A DNA stretch of 64,000 bases from Nanobdellota archaeon. GTDB taxonomy: Archaea; Nanobdellota; Nanobdellia; Pacearchaeales; GW2011-AR1. Location of the stretch: assembly GCA_030648155.1 (NCBI GenBank), contig JAUSIK010000013.1:65924-129923 (forward strand), given 5' to 3'. This document shows, piece after piece, positions 9,749-18,908 of this stretch. The first letter of the stretch is position 1. Every line of letters begins with the position of its first letter. The position numbers were made by a program, and so were the translations under genes. Below the pieces are notes generated by a model. It was given only the letters and a program-made list of their open reading frames with translations, searched no databases and was not told where the DNA came from.

Positions 9749-10225
9749 TTATTGTTTTTTTGTAAAATCAATTCTTTTTATGCCCTTTATTTTATCGAAA
9801 TCAGGATCTGAACTTATTATGGTTTTGATATCTTTTTGTTTCATGGATGCGAGATGAAATGCGTCTCTTGGTTTTAGATTCGTTTCTTTGTAAACTTCAA
9901 TCATTTTTATTATGGTTTGCATATTTGTAGAAATTATCTCTAAATTTTCTAATTTTAAGAATAGTTCTGCTGCCTCAACAGCGGTTTCGCGATTATTATA
10001 TTTGTTAATTTGATAAATAAATTCATCGAAAGTTAATGATGTAGTGTAAGCTTTATAATGGCCTTTTTTCACTTTTTCTATAATTGCTCTTGCATTTTTC
10101 CCTATTTCTTCTGTGTCTATAGAAGCGTAAATGAATAGGTTTGCATCGAGATAAACTTCATCAAACTTTAATTCCTGCTCTTTTTGCCCTTTCATCATAC
10201 TGTTCATAGATTGCATGGGGATCAA
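9749..10225 (-). CDS. vapC: PIN-domain ribonuclease (VapC-like toxin). The true start is probably an internal Met near 10195.
   Basis: VYLDANLFIYASID...SLTFDEF is a PIN acidic-residue pattern. It sits downstream of, and overlapping, an AbrB-type antitoxin. Confidence 0.6.
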   Translation of the reverse strand: MIPMQSMNSMMKGQKEQELKFDEVYLDANLFIYASIDTEEIGKNARAIIEKVKKGHYKAYTTSLTFDEFIYQINKYNNRETAVEAAELFLKLENLEIISTNMQTIIKMIEVYKETNLKPRDAFHLASMKQKDIKTIISSDPDFDKIKGIKRIDFTKKQ

Positions 10226-10439
10226 CGTTTATCTTTTTTCCCTTTCTTTCTTTAGACGCTTTTTCTGCCATAATTTCAAGTTCCTTTAGGATATCTATAT
10301 TATTGTTCTTTATTAGTACCCCTTGTTTTTCTTCTGTTATAATAACTTCCTGCTGAGGATACATTTTATAGGTTTCTCTAAATATCTTAGGAATTACAAT
10401 TTGCCCTTTGGGGCCGAGTCTTACTTTAAGTTCTACCAT
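10161..10439 (-). CDS. vapB: AbrB/MazE-type (swapped-hairpin) antitoxin, VapB-like
   Basis: VELKVRLGPKGQIVIPKIFRE is the typical SpoVT/AbrB beta-hairpin motif. Confidence 0.6.
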   Translation of the reverse strand: MVELKVRLGPKGQIVIPKIFRETYKMYPQQEVIITEEKQGVLIKNNNIDILKELEIMAEKASKERKGKKINVDPHAIYEQYDERAKRAGIKV

Positions 10440-10463
10440 GTTATACTTGAGGTAAGAAAGTAT

Positions 10464-10595
10464 TTAAGGTTTATGGTTTGGGGCTGAACGAATTTTAATA
10501 AATTTATAATGGGCTGATTGTGTTTGTTGATTACACTTTGGGCAGACATCATTTAGGGTATAATGAAGGTTTGGGCATTTTTTTAATTTAGTCAT
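10464..10595 (-). CDS. nop10: H/ACA ribonucleoprotein subunit Nop10 (43 aa). It is absent from the ORF track.
   Basis: Hand translation gives MTKLKKCPNLHYTLNDVCPKCNQQTQSAHYKFIKIRSAPNHKP, with the Nop10 zinc-ribbon CP...CPxC. Its ATG overlaps the aIF2-alpha stop (ATGA), completing the conserved archaeal S27e-aIF2alpha-Nop10 operon. Confidence 0.6.
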   Translation of the reverse strand: MTKLKKCPNLHYTLNDVCPKCNQQTQSAHYKFIKIRSAPNHKP

Positions 10596-11290
10596 TTTTC
10601 TATTAATTCAAAGATAGCTTTCTTTTCCTTGGCTTTCTTTTCTATATTATGCAGGATGTTTAGAAGATTTTTATTAGCTTCCTTAAAATCTTTTGCTTTA
10701 GCGGAAATTGAAAAGCGAGAAGAACCTAAGTAATTTATTTCTGAATCTGGAACATCCAATATTTCCTTCATCTCTGTTATAGCATTTGGAGAAACTGACG
10801 AAAGCTTGAAAATTTTCCTTACTTCTTTTTCTTTTTCTATTTTTTCTTTAAGTATATTTAAAATCTTTTCAATTTGGCTCTTACTAAAGAATTTTTCTAA
10901 TATATTTGGATTGTCTTTTGCATCTTCTAAAAATGTTACAAAGTCGTATTCTTTTTTTATTTTTTTAACAAGTTCTTCAGGGTTTGTTACAATGTTTTTT
11001 AACATACTTATTAGACTGCGTTCTTTTTTATGGCGTTCTAATACTTCATACTTTTCTTTAGCGGTTACTCTTCTTAGGCTTAATTCTACGTGGCCTTGAG
11101 AGACATTTAACACCTTACAGACTATTTTTTTGTTTGGAATTACGTATTCTCTTAGATTTCTAATTCTTCCTGCAGCTACTTCGGATAGCACCATTGAGCC
11201 TTCTCCTTCATCCTCTATATCTAGGAAGATATTTGTTTTTTCTATTTTCTTAACGGTACATAATATTAATTGTCCTTCTACTAATGCCAT
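10592..11290 (-). CDS. eif2a: translation initiation factor 2 alpha subunit (aIF2-alpha)
   Basis: N-terminal S1 domain EGQLILCTVKKI...MVLSEVAAGRIRNLREYV...ELSLRRV. Operon context is S27e upstream and Nop10 downstream. Confidence 0.8.
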   Translation of the reverse strand: MALVEGQLILCTVKKIEKTNIFLDIEDEGEGSMVLSEVAAGRIRNLREYVIPNKKIVCKVLNVSQGHVELSLRRVTAKEKYEVLERHKKERSLISMLKNIVTNPEELVKKIKKEYDFVTFLEDAKDNPNILEKFFSKSQIEKILNILKEKIEKEKEVRKIFKLSSVSPNAITEMKEILDVPDSEINYLGSSRFSISAKAKDFKEANKNLLNILHNIEKKAKEKKAIFELIEK

Positions 11291-11463
11291 AAGACTTCTT
11301 TAATTGGGCCTCTTACTTTGGCCTTGCCTCCTGTTGTTTTTAAGAGCATATAGTTGCATTTAGAGCATTTTATTATAGATGCTGATTTTCCAAAAACTAT
11401 CCTGGTAGTGTTGCATCTTGGACAGCCTATTTTAAGGAATTTCGTTTTTTTGAATTTAGGCAT
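11281..11463 (-). CDS. rps27e: ribosomal protein S27e
   Basis: 60 aa with a C4 zinc ribbon CPRC...CSKC, and GGKAKV. Confidence 0.85.
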   Translation of the reverse strand: MPKFKKTKFLKIGCPRCNTTRIVFGKSASIIKCSKCNYMLLKTTGGKAKVRGPIKEVLWH

Positions 11464-11549
11464 AAAAATTTTAAGGGATGAAGGGTTTTAAAGATTACTA
11501 TGAACTCTTTAACTCTTGGTTAGTGAATAATGGAGTTAGAGAGGTTAAT

Positions 11550-12329
11550 TTACTTTAATAAAAGATCTGCTTTGACCGGCAGGTGATCTGAAAGGAGGTC
11601 ATTTAATACTGTATAATTTAGGAACTTAAATTTTTTAGATGCAAGTATCCAATCTATTCTTACTTTTGGGTTAACTGCAGGGTGAGTTGGGATTTTCTTT
11701 TGAGGAAGGTAAGTATGGAGGTTTAAATTATCACAAAGCATATGGAGTGTTTTTTCTTTTCCAGCAAAATCGCAATTAAAATCGCCTGCAATAATTTTCG
11801 GAGTGTTTTTATAATTTGAAAAATAATCTATAATGTTTTTGGCTTGTTTCTCTCTAGAATGAAACCTCAAATAGTCAAGCCATACCATATGAACTGAAGC
11901 AAAATGGATCTTTCTATATGGGTGTTCGATTTCAGCAGAAACAAAGCCTTTTCTAGGCGTTGGAAATGAAAATGAAAATGGGCGGGAGTATGTGTTTTTA
12001 ATTTGATATCGAGATAAAATGGCTGTTCCAAATTCATATATGCTCTTTTTTCCAAGAGAAAGGGATGAATGTTTGCCGTAAAAGCTGTAACGATATGGTG
12101 TTAGCTTCATTAATTCTGTTAATTGATCAAAATTTCCCGTAAATAGAGAATTACGATCAATTTCTTGCAAGCTTACAATGTCTGCATTTTCATGTTTAAT
12201 TAACCTAGCTATTTCTTCAATATTTTTAGCAACTCTTTCTTTTTTTAGGAAAATTGGGAATACAGAATTATTAACATTTCTTCCATGCATTATGTTAAGA
12301 TTAAGAATTTTAATTTGGTTGTTTTTCAT
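11550..12329 (-). CDS. endonuclease/exonuclease/phosphatase (EEP) family protein
   Basis: SLQEID, GDFN and SDHLPV motifs match the EEP catalytic residues. Confidence 0.65.
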   Translation of the reverse strand: MKNNQIKILNLNIMHGRNVNNSVFPIFLKKERVAKNIEEIARLIKHENADIVSLQEIDRNSLFTGNFDQLTELMKLTPYRYSFYGKHSSLSLGKKSIYEFGTAILSRYQIKNTYSRPFSFSFPTPRKGFVSAEIEHPYRKIHFASVHMVWLDYLRFHSREKQAKNIIDYFSNYKNTPKIIAGDFNCDFAGKEKTLHMLCDNLNLHTYLPQKKIPTHPAVNPKVRIDWILASKKFKFLNYTVLNDLLSDHLPVKADLLLK

Positions 12330-12383
12330 ATTTTTACAACTATTAGTTAAAATAGAGAGATATAAATGTTTTGAAATGATTTT

Positions 12384-13697
12384 TTAGACCTTTACAAGTT
12401 CTATATCCAGCACTTTTTGCAATTCTTGGATGAATTGTACTTCCTTATCTTTTGAAATGAGGCAACCAGCAGCGTTTGGATGTCCTCCAACTTCTCCCCC
12501 TAGAGGAACTACTACCTTATCAAGGACTTCACGAACATTACGCCCATCTTTTCCTGTAATTCTGGCAGAGACTTTTATTTTATCTTCATTATAGGCCAAT
12601 GCAACGATAATTGTGCCTTCACTATATAATGGGGAGCGAGATATTATTGAGGCTACTGTTCCAATGATAGTGTCTCTAATATTATTTTTTGCATTTATTA
12701 TTGTATAATTTTTGCCTGTAATTTTTTCAGCTTCAGCTATATATTTTAGGGCCGAAACCAAATGCTGGCGGTACTCAATGTAGATTTTTTCAGCTTTCGA
12801 TTTTAGGGATTTATTACCAAGGCAAAATCCCAGAGAGACGAAAGGATAACCCATTCTACTGCAGGCATTAATTAGAGCTGAAAGTTCGCGGGCATCTTCA
12901 AGGCGATTATGAAATTTTAATAAATAGAGATTGCCTATAAGTTTTTCCGACTCAATTTTGCCAGGATTTTTTAAGATTATTGAAGTTGTTAGATTAGTCA
13001 TTTCTTCATTGGTTAGTTCATATAAGGCTTTGTAGGCTCCATTATTTTTTGGAATATTAGCCTCTCTTAAAAGCTCTATTACCCCTTTATAGGAACCTGT
13101 TACGTTCGGGATATATGGAGATGAAGAATATTCTAGTGCTTTGTCGAGAGGTCTTGTAGAGGGATAAATTAATAGGCCTTTTTTTATTACTGCATCTGCA
13201 TCTTTTATAATTTCATCATATCTTTTTCCAATATTATCTTGATGATTGTCTCCTATCATACCTATCAGGGCAAGCGTTGATAGGTCTTTATTTTGCTCTG
13301 AAAGAGATTTTGCAAAAAAATAGCATATTGCTGCACTACAAAGGGATTCTTGATTTTCTAATGAGGGATTAACCATTAATACATTTTCAGGTATTTCCTG
13401 CGTTATTTCGTGGTGGTCTAGGATTATAACTGGATTTTTTTTGTCTTTAAGATATTTCAAACTTCCAGAGGCTAAATCTAGAAATATAAGAAGATTATCT
13501 TCTGGAAGGTTTTTAATAAAGTCTTCATCAAGGCTTTTTACTATACTTAGAGTAAACGTTTTGTTCCATCGTTGAAGCGCACGTGAAAATATTGCTGCTG
13601 AAGCTATTCCATCGGTATCAAAATGGCTTACAATTCTAATTGGAAATGTCGTAAGATTATTTATTCTTTCAATTGCTAGTTTAATTCTGTCTAACAT
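12384..13697 (-). CDS. DHH-family phosphoesterase (archaeal RecJ/GAN-like or NrnA-like)
   Basis: FDTDGIASAAIF and ILDHHE are DHH motifs I and III, and a GGH-like DHHA1 region GGEVGGHPNAAG is present. It is adjacent to the S15 gene, a conserved archaeal pairing. Confidence 0.7.
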   Translation of the reverse strand: MLDRIKLAIERINNLTTFPIRIVSHFDTDGIASAAIFSRALQRWNKTFTLSIVKSLDEDFIKNLPEDNLLIFLDLASGSLKYLKDKKNPVIILDHHEITQEIPENVLMVNPSLENQESLCSAAICYFFAKSLSEQNKDLSTLALIGMIGDNHQDNIGKRYDEIIKDADAVIKKGLLIYPSTRPLDKALEYSSSPYIPNVTGSYKGVIELLREANIPKNNGAYKALYELTNEEMTNLTTSIILKNPGKIESEKLIGNLYLLKFHNRLEDARELSALINACSRMGYPFVSLGFCLGNKSLKSKAEKIYIEYRQHLVSALKYIAEAEKITGKNYTIINAKNNIRDTIIGTVASIISRSPLYSEGTIIVALAYNEDKIKVSARITGKDGRNVREVLDKVVVPLGGEVGGHPNAAGCLISKDKEVQFIQELQKVLDIELVKV

Positions 13698-13715
13698 CCT
13701 CTTTTTGAAATATAT

Positions 13716-14111
13716 TTATTGGTTTTTATTTAGCGTGTGTAAAAGCCACAATCTTTTTGCCAGTGATTTTTTTGCAGTATTATCATATTTATTTTTGCCC
13801 ATGTGGGATTTTAGGTTGGTTATTTTGTTTTCAACTATTTCTTTTTCAGTAGTATACTTTACATTTGCTTCCTTTAGAATTTGAGTTACTTTTTTTCCTA
13901 GGAGGCGTGTTTTGGGAATTCCGTGTTTGTCTCTCAATATTAAGCCTATTTTAGCTGGTGAATTTCCTTGTTTTGCAAGATCTACTATTATTTTTTCTAA
14001 CTCTTGAGGCTTTATTTTTATCCAGCTTGATTTTTCTTCTTTTTCTTCAGCAGGGGCAGATGAATCTACTGGTGAACCTTCTTTTTCTTCTGTTTTTTTT
14101 GTTTTTGGCAT
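13716..14111 (-). CDS. rps15: ribosomal protein S15 (S13e)
   Basis: LAKQGNSPAKIGLILRDKHGIPKTRLLGKKVTQIL and a C-terminal LAKRLWLL helix. Confidence 0.75.
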   Translation of the reverse strand: MPKTKKTEEKEGSPVDSSAPAEEKEEKSSWIKIKPQELEKIIVDLAKQGNSPAKIGLILRDKHGIPKTRLLGKKVTQILKEANVKYTTEKEIVENKITNLKSHMGKNKYDNTAKKSLAKRLWLLHTLNKNQ

Positions 14112-14156
14112 AATTGATTTTAGATTAGTGGTGTTTTAAAGGTTTCTGTTTGTTTT

Positions 14157-14909
14157 TTGTTGATAAATGGGGGGGTAAGTAGTTATTGGATAGTGGTTAC
14201 ACATAGTAAGATTTATAAAGGTGTTTTCAAAGGGAGTAGGATGGAAGATGAAATGGATTTTAGAGTTGGATTGGCTGAAAAGGCTATTGATAATGTAATG
14301 GATATTGGGTTAAACGGGTTAGTAGATGAGTTATGCACTATTAACTTTCCAGATCTTGATCGAGAGAAAATTATAGTTGGTTTGGAATTTTCTGATGATA
14401 AATTTCCAGATGTATTTGTGAGCCCTTTATTTGGAGGGGATTATTATCATATTGCTGGAAATCTACCTAGAAGTTTAATTGAAAAACCTTACTGTATGAA
14501 AGTTACTAAAGGGATTTTAGGCCATGAATTGACACATATTTCAAGAGGAGATATTAAAGGGGATGAAACTTGGCTTAGGAATGTTCTTTATACTGTAGCT
14601 TCAGAAGGATTTGATAATTATAAATTTTTATTGCCTGCTATTAATAATGAGGTAAAAGATAGGGAGTATGTTGAAAATTACTTTTCTAGAATTGAGAGGG
14701 CTACTGATGAAGAGGCAATCAGGAGAGGTTTAGGAAAAGAGACATATTTCGCTAGAAAATATGTTGAGAATATATTGAAGAATTATAACGCTAGGATGAA
14801 TAGTGGTTATCATAGTAGCGAAAAAATATTAAGATTAATTAATCCTAAGAAAGGATTTTTTACTGATCAGGATTTGGAAGAAATAGCAAGTATTGATAAG
14901 GGGTTCTAA
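14157..14909 (+). CDS. hypothetical protein with an HExxH zinc-metallopeptidase-like motif. The true start is probably the internal Met at MEDEMDF.
   Basis: ILGHELTHISRGD contains HExxH. No other family signal is visible. Confidence 0.3.
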   Translation: MLINGGVSSYWIVVTHSKIYKGVFKGSRMEDEMDFRVGLAEKAIDNVMDIGLNGLVDELCTINFPDLDREKIIVGLEFSDDKFPDVFVSPLFGGDYYHIAGNLPRSLIEKPYCMKVTKGILGHELTHISRGDIKGDETWLRNVLYTVASEGFDNYKFLLPAINNEVKDREYVENYFSRIERATDEEAIRRGLGKETYFARKYVENILKNYNARMNSGYHSSEKILRLINPKKGFFTDQDLEEIASIDKGF

Positions 14910-15017
14910 GAAAGATTGCTGCTTAGGGATTTTAAGAAGCGTAATGTTTAAAAAGGTTTGATTGAGAGTATAATGATAAGCGCATCCTTTGACTAGGTCT
15001 GTTAAGGGCTAGCTTTA

Positions 15018-15362
15018 TTGACCTATTATATTATGAAGTTACCTAAAGAAACTAAGAGATACTGCCCGTATTGCAGAAAACATACGACACATGCAGTTGA
15101 TACAGCAAAACAGAGAGCAAGATCTGCTACTCATCCTTTATCAAGAGGATCTAGTTCTAGAGAAAAATTAAGAGGATTAAGAGGAGGCTTTGGAAATTTA
15201 GGAAGAAGATCAAGAAAGGGGCCTAAAGATTGGAAAATGAAGGCAAAAGTTACAAAGAGAATTACTGTTACATATAGGTGCAAAGTTTGCAAGAAAATGC
15301 ATAATATTAAAAAAGCAATTAGATCAGGAAGAATAGAAATAGGGGAGAAGATTTCAAAGTAA
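15018..15362 (+). CDS. rpl44e: ribosomal protein L44e
   Basis: RYCPYCRKHTTH...YRCKVCKK is the zinc ribbon of L44e. It is very basic. Confidence 0.8.
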   Translation: MTYYIMKLPKETKRYCPYCRKHTTHAVDTAKQRARSATHPLSRGSSSREKLRGLRGGFGNLGRRSRKGPKDWKMKAKVTKRITVTYRCKVCKKMHNIKKAIRSGRIEIGEKISK

Positions 15363-15363
15363 A

Positions 15364-16056
15364 ATGGCAGAAGCAGTTAAACAGAAAACAGAGAGCAAAA
15401 AACGCGGAATTAAAAAAGGATTTTATGAAGTGGAAGCGCCATTGACCGCGGTTAAGATTTCTTTATACGGCGGTTCAATGGAAGAATTTGAAGGAAGGGT
15501 TGTAAATTTAGATTTGACTAAGAGTCTGCGAGGAAGGAGTTTGGAATTAAGAATGAAGATAAAAAATGAAGATGGAAAATTAAAGGCTAGTCCAGTTAGT
15601 GCTAATTTGGCAGGCTCTTACATTAGAAGGGCTTTAAGAAGAGGATCTGATTATGTTGAAGATTCATTTAAGGCTAACTGCAGAGATGCAGTTTTGGTTG
15701 TTAAACCTTTTATGATAACAAGAAGAAGAGTATCTAGAGAGGTAAGGAATGCAATAAGGGTAAATGCAAGGAAATTTATTGAAGGGTACTTGAAAATAAG
15801 AACTACTAAAGAATTGTTTTCTGATATAATTGCTAATAAATTGCAAAGAGGAATGGCTGCTAAATTAAAGAAAATTTATCCTCTAGCTATGTGCGAAATT
15901 AGAGTATTTGAAATTATAGGGGAAAAGGCTTTGGAGGATATTAAAGAAGAAGAGAGAAAGCAATTAATGGAAGAACAAGGAAAGGAAGAAATTTCGGAAA
16001 TAGAAACCGAAGAAGAGAATAAAGAAGAAATTAAAAAAACAAGAAAAAAAGAGTAA
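15364..16056 (+). CDS. rps3ae: ribosomal protein S3Ae (S1e)
   Basis: KKGFYEVEAP...KIYPLAMCEIRVFEI matches the S3Ae C-terminal consensus K..YPL....IRK. It sits in an operon with L44e. Confidence 0.65.
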   Translation: MAEAVKQKTESKKRGIKKGFYEVEAPLTAVKISLYGGSMEEFEGRVVNLDLTKSLRGRSLELRMKIKNEDGKLKASPVSANLAGSYIRRALRRGSDYVEDSFKANCRDAVLVVKPFMITRRRVSREVRNAIRVNARKFIEGYLKIRTTKELFSDIIANKLQRGMAAKLKKIYPLAMCEIRVFEIIGEKALEDIKEEERKQLMEEQGKEEISEIETEEENKEEIKKTRKKE

Positions 16057-16080
16057 AAAAAGGTTTATTAATTTTAAAGT

Positions 16081-17298
16081 GTGAATAATTTAATGATTAG
16101 AAAAATAGATTTGATAATAGTTTTATTTTTGATACTTACGTTTATTGGAAGTTTTTTGTATATTGCTGATAAAAATTTGTTTGTGGATGAAGAAGTTCAT
16201 TATTTGCAGATTAAAAGATTTATGTCTGGCGATAGAGGAGTATATGATATTATAACTGTAATTCCTGGATATCATTATTTTTTATCGGTTATCGGAAAAA
16301 CTTTTGATTTTTACAGTGAGGGCCAAATTAGATTAGTTAATGCAACTATTGGCTTTATTTCGATTTTTGTTTTTTTATTATTAACTTTCAAGATTGAAGG
16401 GAAGAGGGGCTGGAGAAAAGGGCTTGAATATGCATTTTTTCCTATTTTATTCCCTTTTTTCTTTTTGATATATACTGATGTTTTATCTTTGTTATTAGTA
16501 ATGGCTATGGTTTACTTTACTCTAATTAAAAGATATTCTATAGCCGCGATATTTGGAATATTAAGTTTTTTTGTGAGGCAAAATAATGTTGTGTGGATGG
16601 GGTTTGCTTTATTTTTAGTTTATTTTCAAAGAAATGGGATGAAAATAAAATTCAGCGGGATTGGGGAGACAATAAAGAATTGCTGGGTTTTTATTTTAGG
16701 ACTGGCAATATCTGTATTATTCTTCATTTATAATGGCGGATTTTCAGCAGGAGATAAGGCAATGCACGAGGGAGGAATATTTTTAGGAAATATATTTTTC
16801 TTCTTGTTTTTATTTTTCTTCTTATTTTTCTTTTTAAATATAAGCAATATTTTTAGGATCAAGGAATTTACTAGGAAGAATAAATGGATATGGATTTTAC
16901 TTATTGGTATTTTTATAATATATATGAAATTTTTTGTCGTTGATCATCCCTATAATTTTCTTGGAAAAGATTATTTTTTAAGAAATATTATCCTTCAGGA
17001 GTTTATTTCTGGAATATGGATTAAAGCTTGTTTATTTATTCCTATCGCTTATTCTATTTTAAGCCTGTGTGTTATTAAATTAAAGAAAAAGGAGTTTTAT
17101 TTGATATATTTGTTCAGTTTCATATCTTTACTGCCTATGTGGTTAATAGAACAGAGATATTATTTAATTCCTTTTACATTGTTTATATTATTTAAAGAGG
17201 AGAGTAAAAATTGGGTTGAGAGGGCGACAATTGGAATTTACTTTATAGCATCTATTGTTATTTTTTACTTAATTGGAGAGGTTAAGTTTTTCTTGTAA
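16081..17298 (+). CDS. polytopic membrane glycosyltransferase, ALG10/DIE2-like (GT59-like)
   Basis: The N-terminal lumenal motif VDEEVHYLQIKRFMSGD resembles the ALG10 DEIFHIPQAQ motif. There are more than ten TM helices. Confidence 0.45.
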   Translation: MNNLMIRKIDLIIVLFLILTFIGSFLYIADKNLFVDEEVHYLQIKRFMSGDRGVYDIITVIPGYHYFLSVIGKTFDFYSEGQIRLVNATIGFISIFVFLLLTFKIEGKRGWRKGLEYAFFPILFPFFFLIYTDVLSLLLVMAMVYFTLIKRYSIAAIFGILSFFVRQNNVVWMGFALFLVYFQRNGMKIKFSGIGETIKNCWVFILGLAISVLFFIYNGGFSAGDKAMHEGGIFLGNIFFFLFLFFFLFFFLNISNIFRIKEFTRKNKWIWILLIGIFIIYMKFFVVDHPYNFLGKDYFLRNIILQEFISGIWIKACLFIPIAYSILSLCVIKLKKKEFYLIYLFSFISLLPMWLIEQRYYLIPFTLFILFKEESKNWVERATIGIYFIASIVIFYLIGEVKFFL

Positions 17299-17329
17299 TT
17301 CGGTTTTAGGCTTTTAAATACATGACCCT

Positions 17330-17342
17330 AACTTTTAAAAAC
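17330..17342 (+). promoter_or_regulatory. putative TATA box (aacTTTTAAAAac) about 25-30 nt upstream of tRNA-Gln
   Basis: An A/T octamer at archaeal promoter spacing from the mature tRNA 5' end. Confidence 0.3.
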
Positions 17343-17364
17343 TCTTAAATTCCCTAACAAGTAT

Positions 17365-17437
17365 AGCCCCTTAGTCTAGTGGTCTAGGATTTCAGGTTTT
17401 GGTCCTGAAGACCCAGGTTCGAATCCTGGAGGGGCTA
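17365..17437 (+). tRNA. tRNA-Gln (anticodon TTG)
   Basis: 73-nt cloverleaf. Acceptor stem is AGCCCCT/AGGGGCT, anticodon stem TCAGG/CCTGA with loop TTTTGGT, and T arm CCAGG-TTCGAAT-CCTGG. Confidence 0.8.
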
Positions 17438-17487
17438 TGAAACAAAAGGTTAGATAGCTTAATAAATAAATTATAACACATCTTGAC

Positions 17488-17997
17488 ATGAATGACCTGT
17501 TTGAAATTAAAAAATCTAAAATAGCTGGAAATGGGATTTTTGCCAGTAAAGAAATAAAAAAGGGACAAACTATTTACTTTCTAAGTGGAGAATTATGTAG
17601 TTTAGACGAAATAATAAAGAAGGTAAATAATGGAGTGGAAGAGCCCTCCGATCCCTTGGAAGTTGAAAATGAAGAATATTTGGATTTAGACGAAACATCA
17701 AGAACTTTTAATCATTTATGTAATCCTAATGCATTTATTCGCGGAAGAAATGAACTTGTTGCTTTGAAAAATATTACAATTGGAGAAGAAATAACTTTTG
17801 ATTATTCTACTACAATGAATGACAACGAAGAAAAAATAAAGGCGGCTGGAAGAACATTATGGACTTGCAAATGTAATTGCGGAGCAAAAAACTGCAGAGG
17901 AATAATAAACCAATTCAAAACCTTATCAAAAAAAAGACAAGAATTTTACATAAAAAACATGTATGTGCCTGATTTCATACTAAGAAAGTTTAAATAA
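17488..17997 (+). CDS. SET-domain protein-lysine methyltransferase with a post-SET cysteine cluster
   Basis: GNGIFASKEIKKGQ is the SET-N motif, NHLCNPNA matches NHSCxPN, ITFDYS matches ELxFDY, and CKCNCGAKNC matches post-SET CxCx4C. Confidence 0.8.
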   Translation: MNDLFEIKKSKIAGNGIFASKEIKKGQTIYFLSGELCSLDEIIKKVNNGVEEPSDPLEVENEEYLDLDETSRTFNHLCNPNAFIRGRNELVALKNITIGEEITFDYSTTMNDNEEKIKAAGRTLWTCKCNCGAKNCRGIINQFKTLSKKRQEFYIKNMYVPDFILRKFK

Positions 17998-18004
17998 AAA
18001 GCCT

Positions 18005-18062
18005 GATAAATAACTTTTAGTTATAAAGCTGGAGGGGTTATCCAACAAAAGATTCTATAGTC
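18005..18062 (+). repeat. att-like repeat A: conserved motif gataaataacttttagttataaag followed by a 32-bp copy of the tRNA-Gln 3' end plus trailer
   Basis: ctggaggggttatccaacaaaagattctatag at 18031-18062 matches 26 of 32 positions of ctggaggggctatgaaacaaaaggttagatag at 17425-17456, which spans the tRNA-Gln 3' end and its trailer. Confidence 0.6.
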
Positions 18063-18126
18063 TAAGTGTGCAAACATCACTTAGTTATTTGGAAAGGGTT
18101 AAAAATGATTAATCATATATCTTAAT

Positions 18127-18864
18127 GTGAAAATAAAAATTAATTTTCAAAAAGAAAAGATAGGATTATATCCTAAGAATAGAATTAAGAAAGTTTGGAA
18201 TAATCCTCAAATAGTTACGACCTCTGTAAAACCTACAATAGTAAAAGATGGAAATAAAAATGTTCTCCAATTAGGTTTTTCAAAAGGAAAGTTTGGAAAG
18301 GAAGATAAGGCAAGCTGGCATATAAATTTTAAAAAAAGTTATGAAGTTTTATATTGCCAGTATAAGGTAAAGTTTGAGAAAGGTTTTGACTGGAAATTGG
18401 GGGGAAAATTGCCTGGATTTGGTGGAGGAGACAAACCCGGAGGAGGAAAACAGTCTAAGGAGGGTTTTTCCTCAAGAGTTATGTGGCGCGAAAAAGGAAC
18501 AATGCATCAATATGTCTATTATCCAGAAAACAATGCTCATTACGGAAAAGGGTTCTGGTGGCATAATCTGTGCTCTAATAAAATTGAACAATTGAAATTC
18601 AAGCCTGGTAAATGGCACACTATAAAAATGAAAATCAAAATGAATAACAACTGGAAAGATCCGGGGCATATAATCTCATGGCTTGATGGAAAACTTGCCC
18701 TTTACCAATACATCGACCTAAGAGAAAAGAATACCAAAGAATATGGGGTTGAGTCATTTATTTTTACAGTATTCTTTGGTGGCGATGACAAAAGTTTTGC
18801 TCCAAGAAAAGATTGTAAGATTTATTTTGATGATTTTATAATTTCTGATAAAGATATTAAATAA
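18127..18864 (+). CDS. hypothetical protein, possibly a concanavalin-like polysaccharide lyase (PL14/PF14099-like)
   Basis: The GGKLPGFGGGDKPGGG motif is recalled from PF14099 lyases. Composition is beta-rich and W/Y-rich. This is a tentative call. Confidence 0.3.
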   Translation: MKIKINFQKEKIGLYPKNRIKKVWNNPQIVTTSVKPTIVKDGNKNVLQLGFSKGKFGKEDKASWHINFKKSYEVLYCQYKVKFEKGFDWKLGGKLPGFGGGDKPGGGKQSKEGFSSRVMWREKGTMHQYVYYPENNAHYGKGFWWHNLCSNKIEQLKFKPGKWHTIKMKIKMNNNWKDPGHIISWLDGKLALYQYIDLREKNTKEYGVESFIFTVFFGGDDKSFAPRKDCKIYFDDFIISDKDIK

Positions 18865-18908
18865 TACTTGGTTTATTTTTTTTCTGATAAATATATAAAA
18901 AATAGTCG

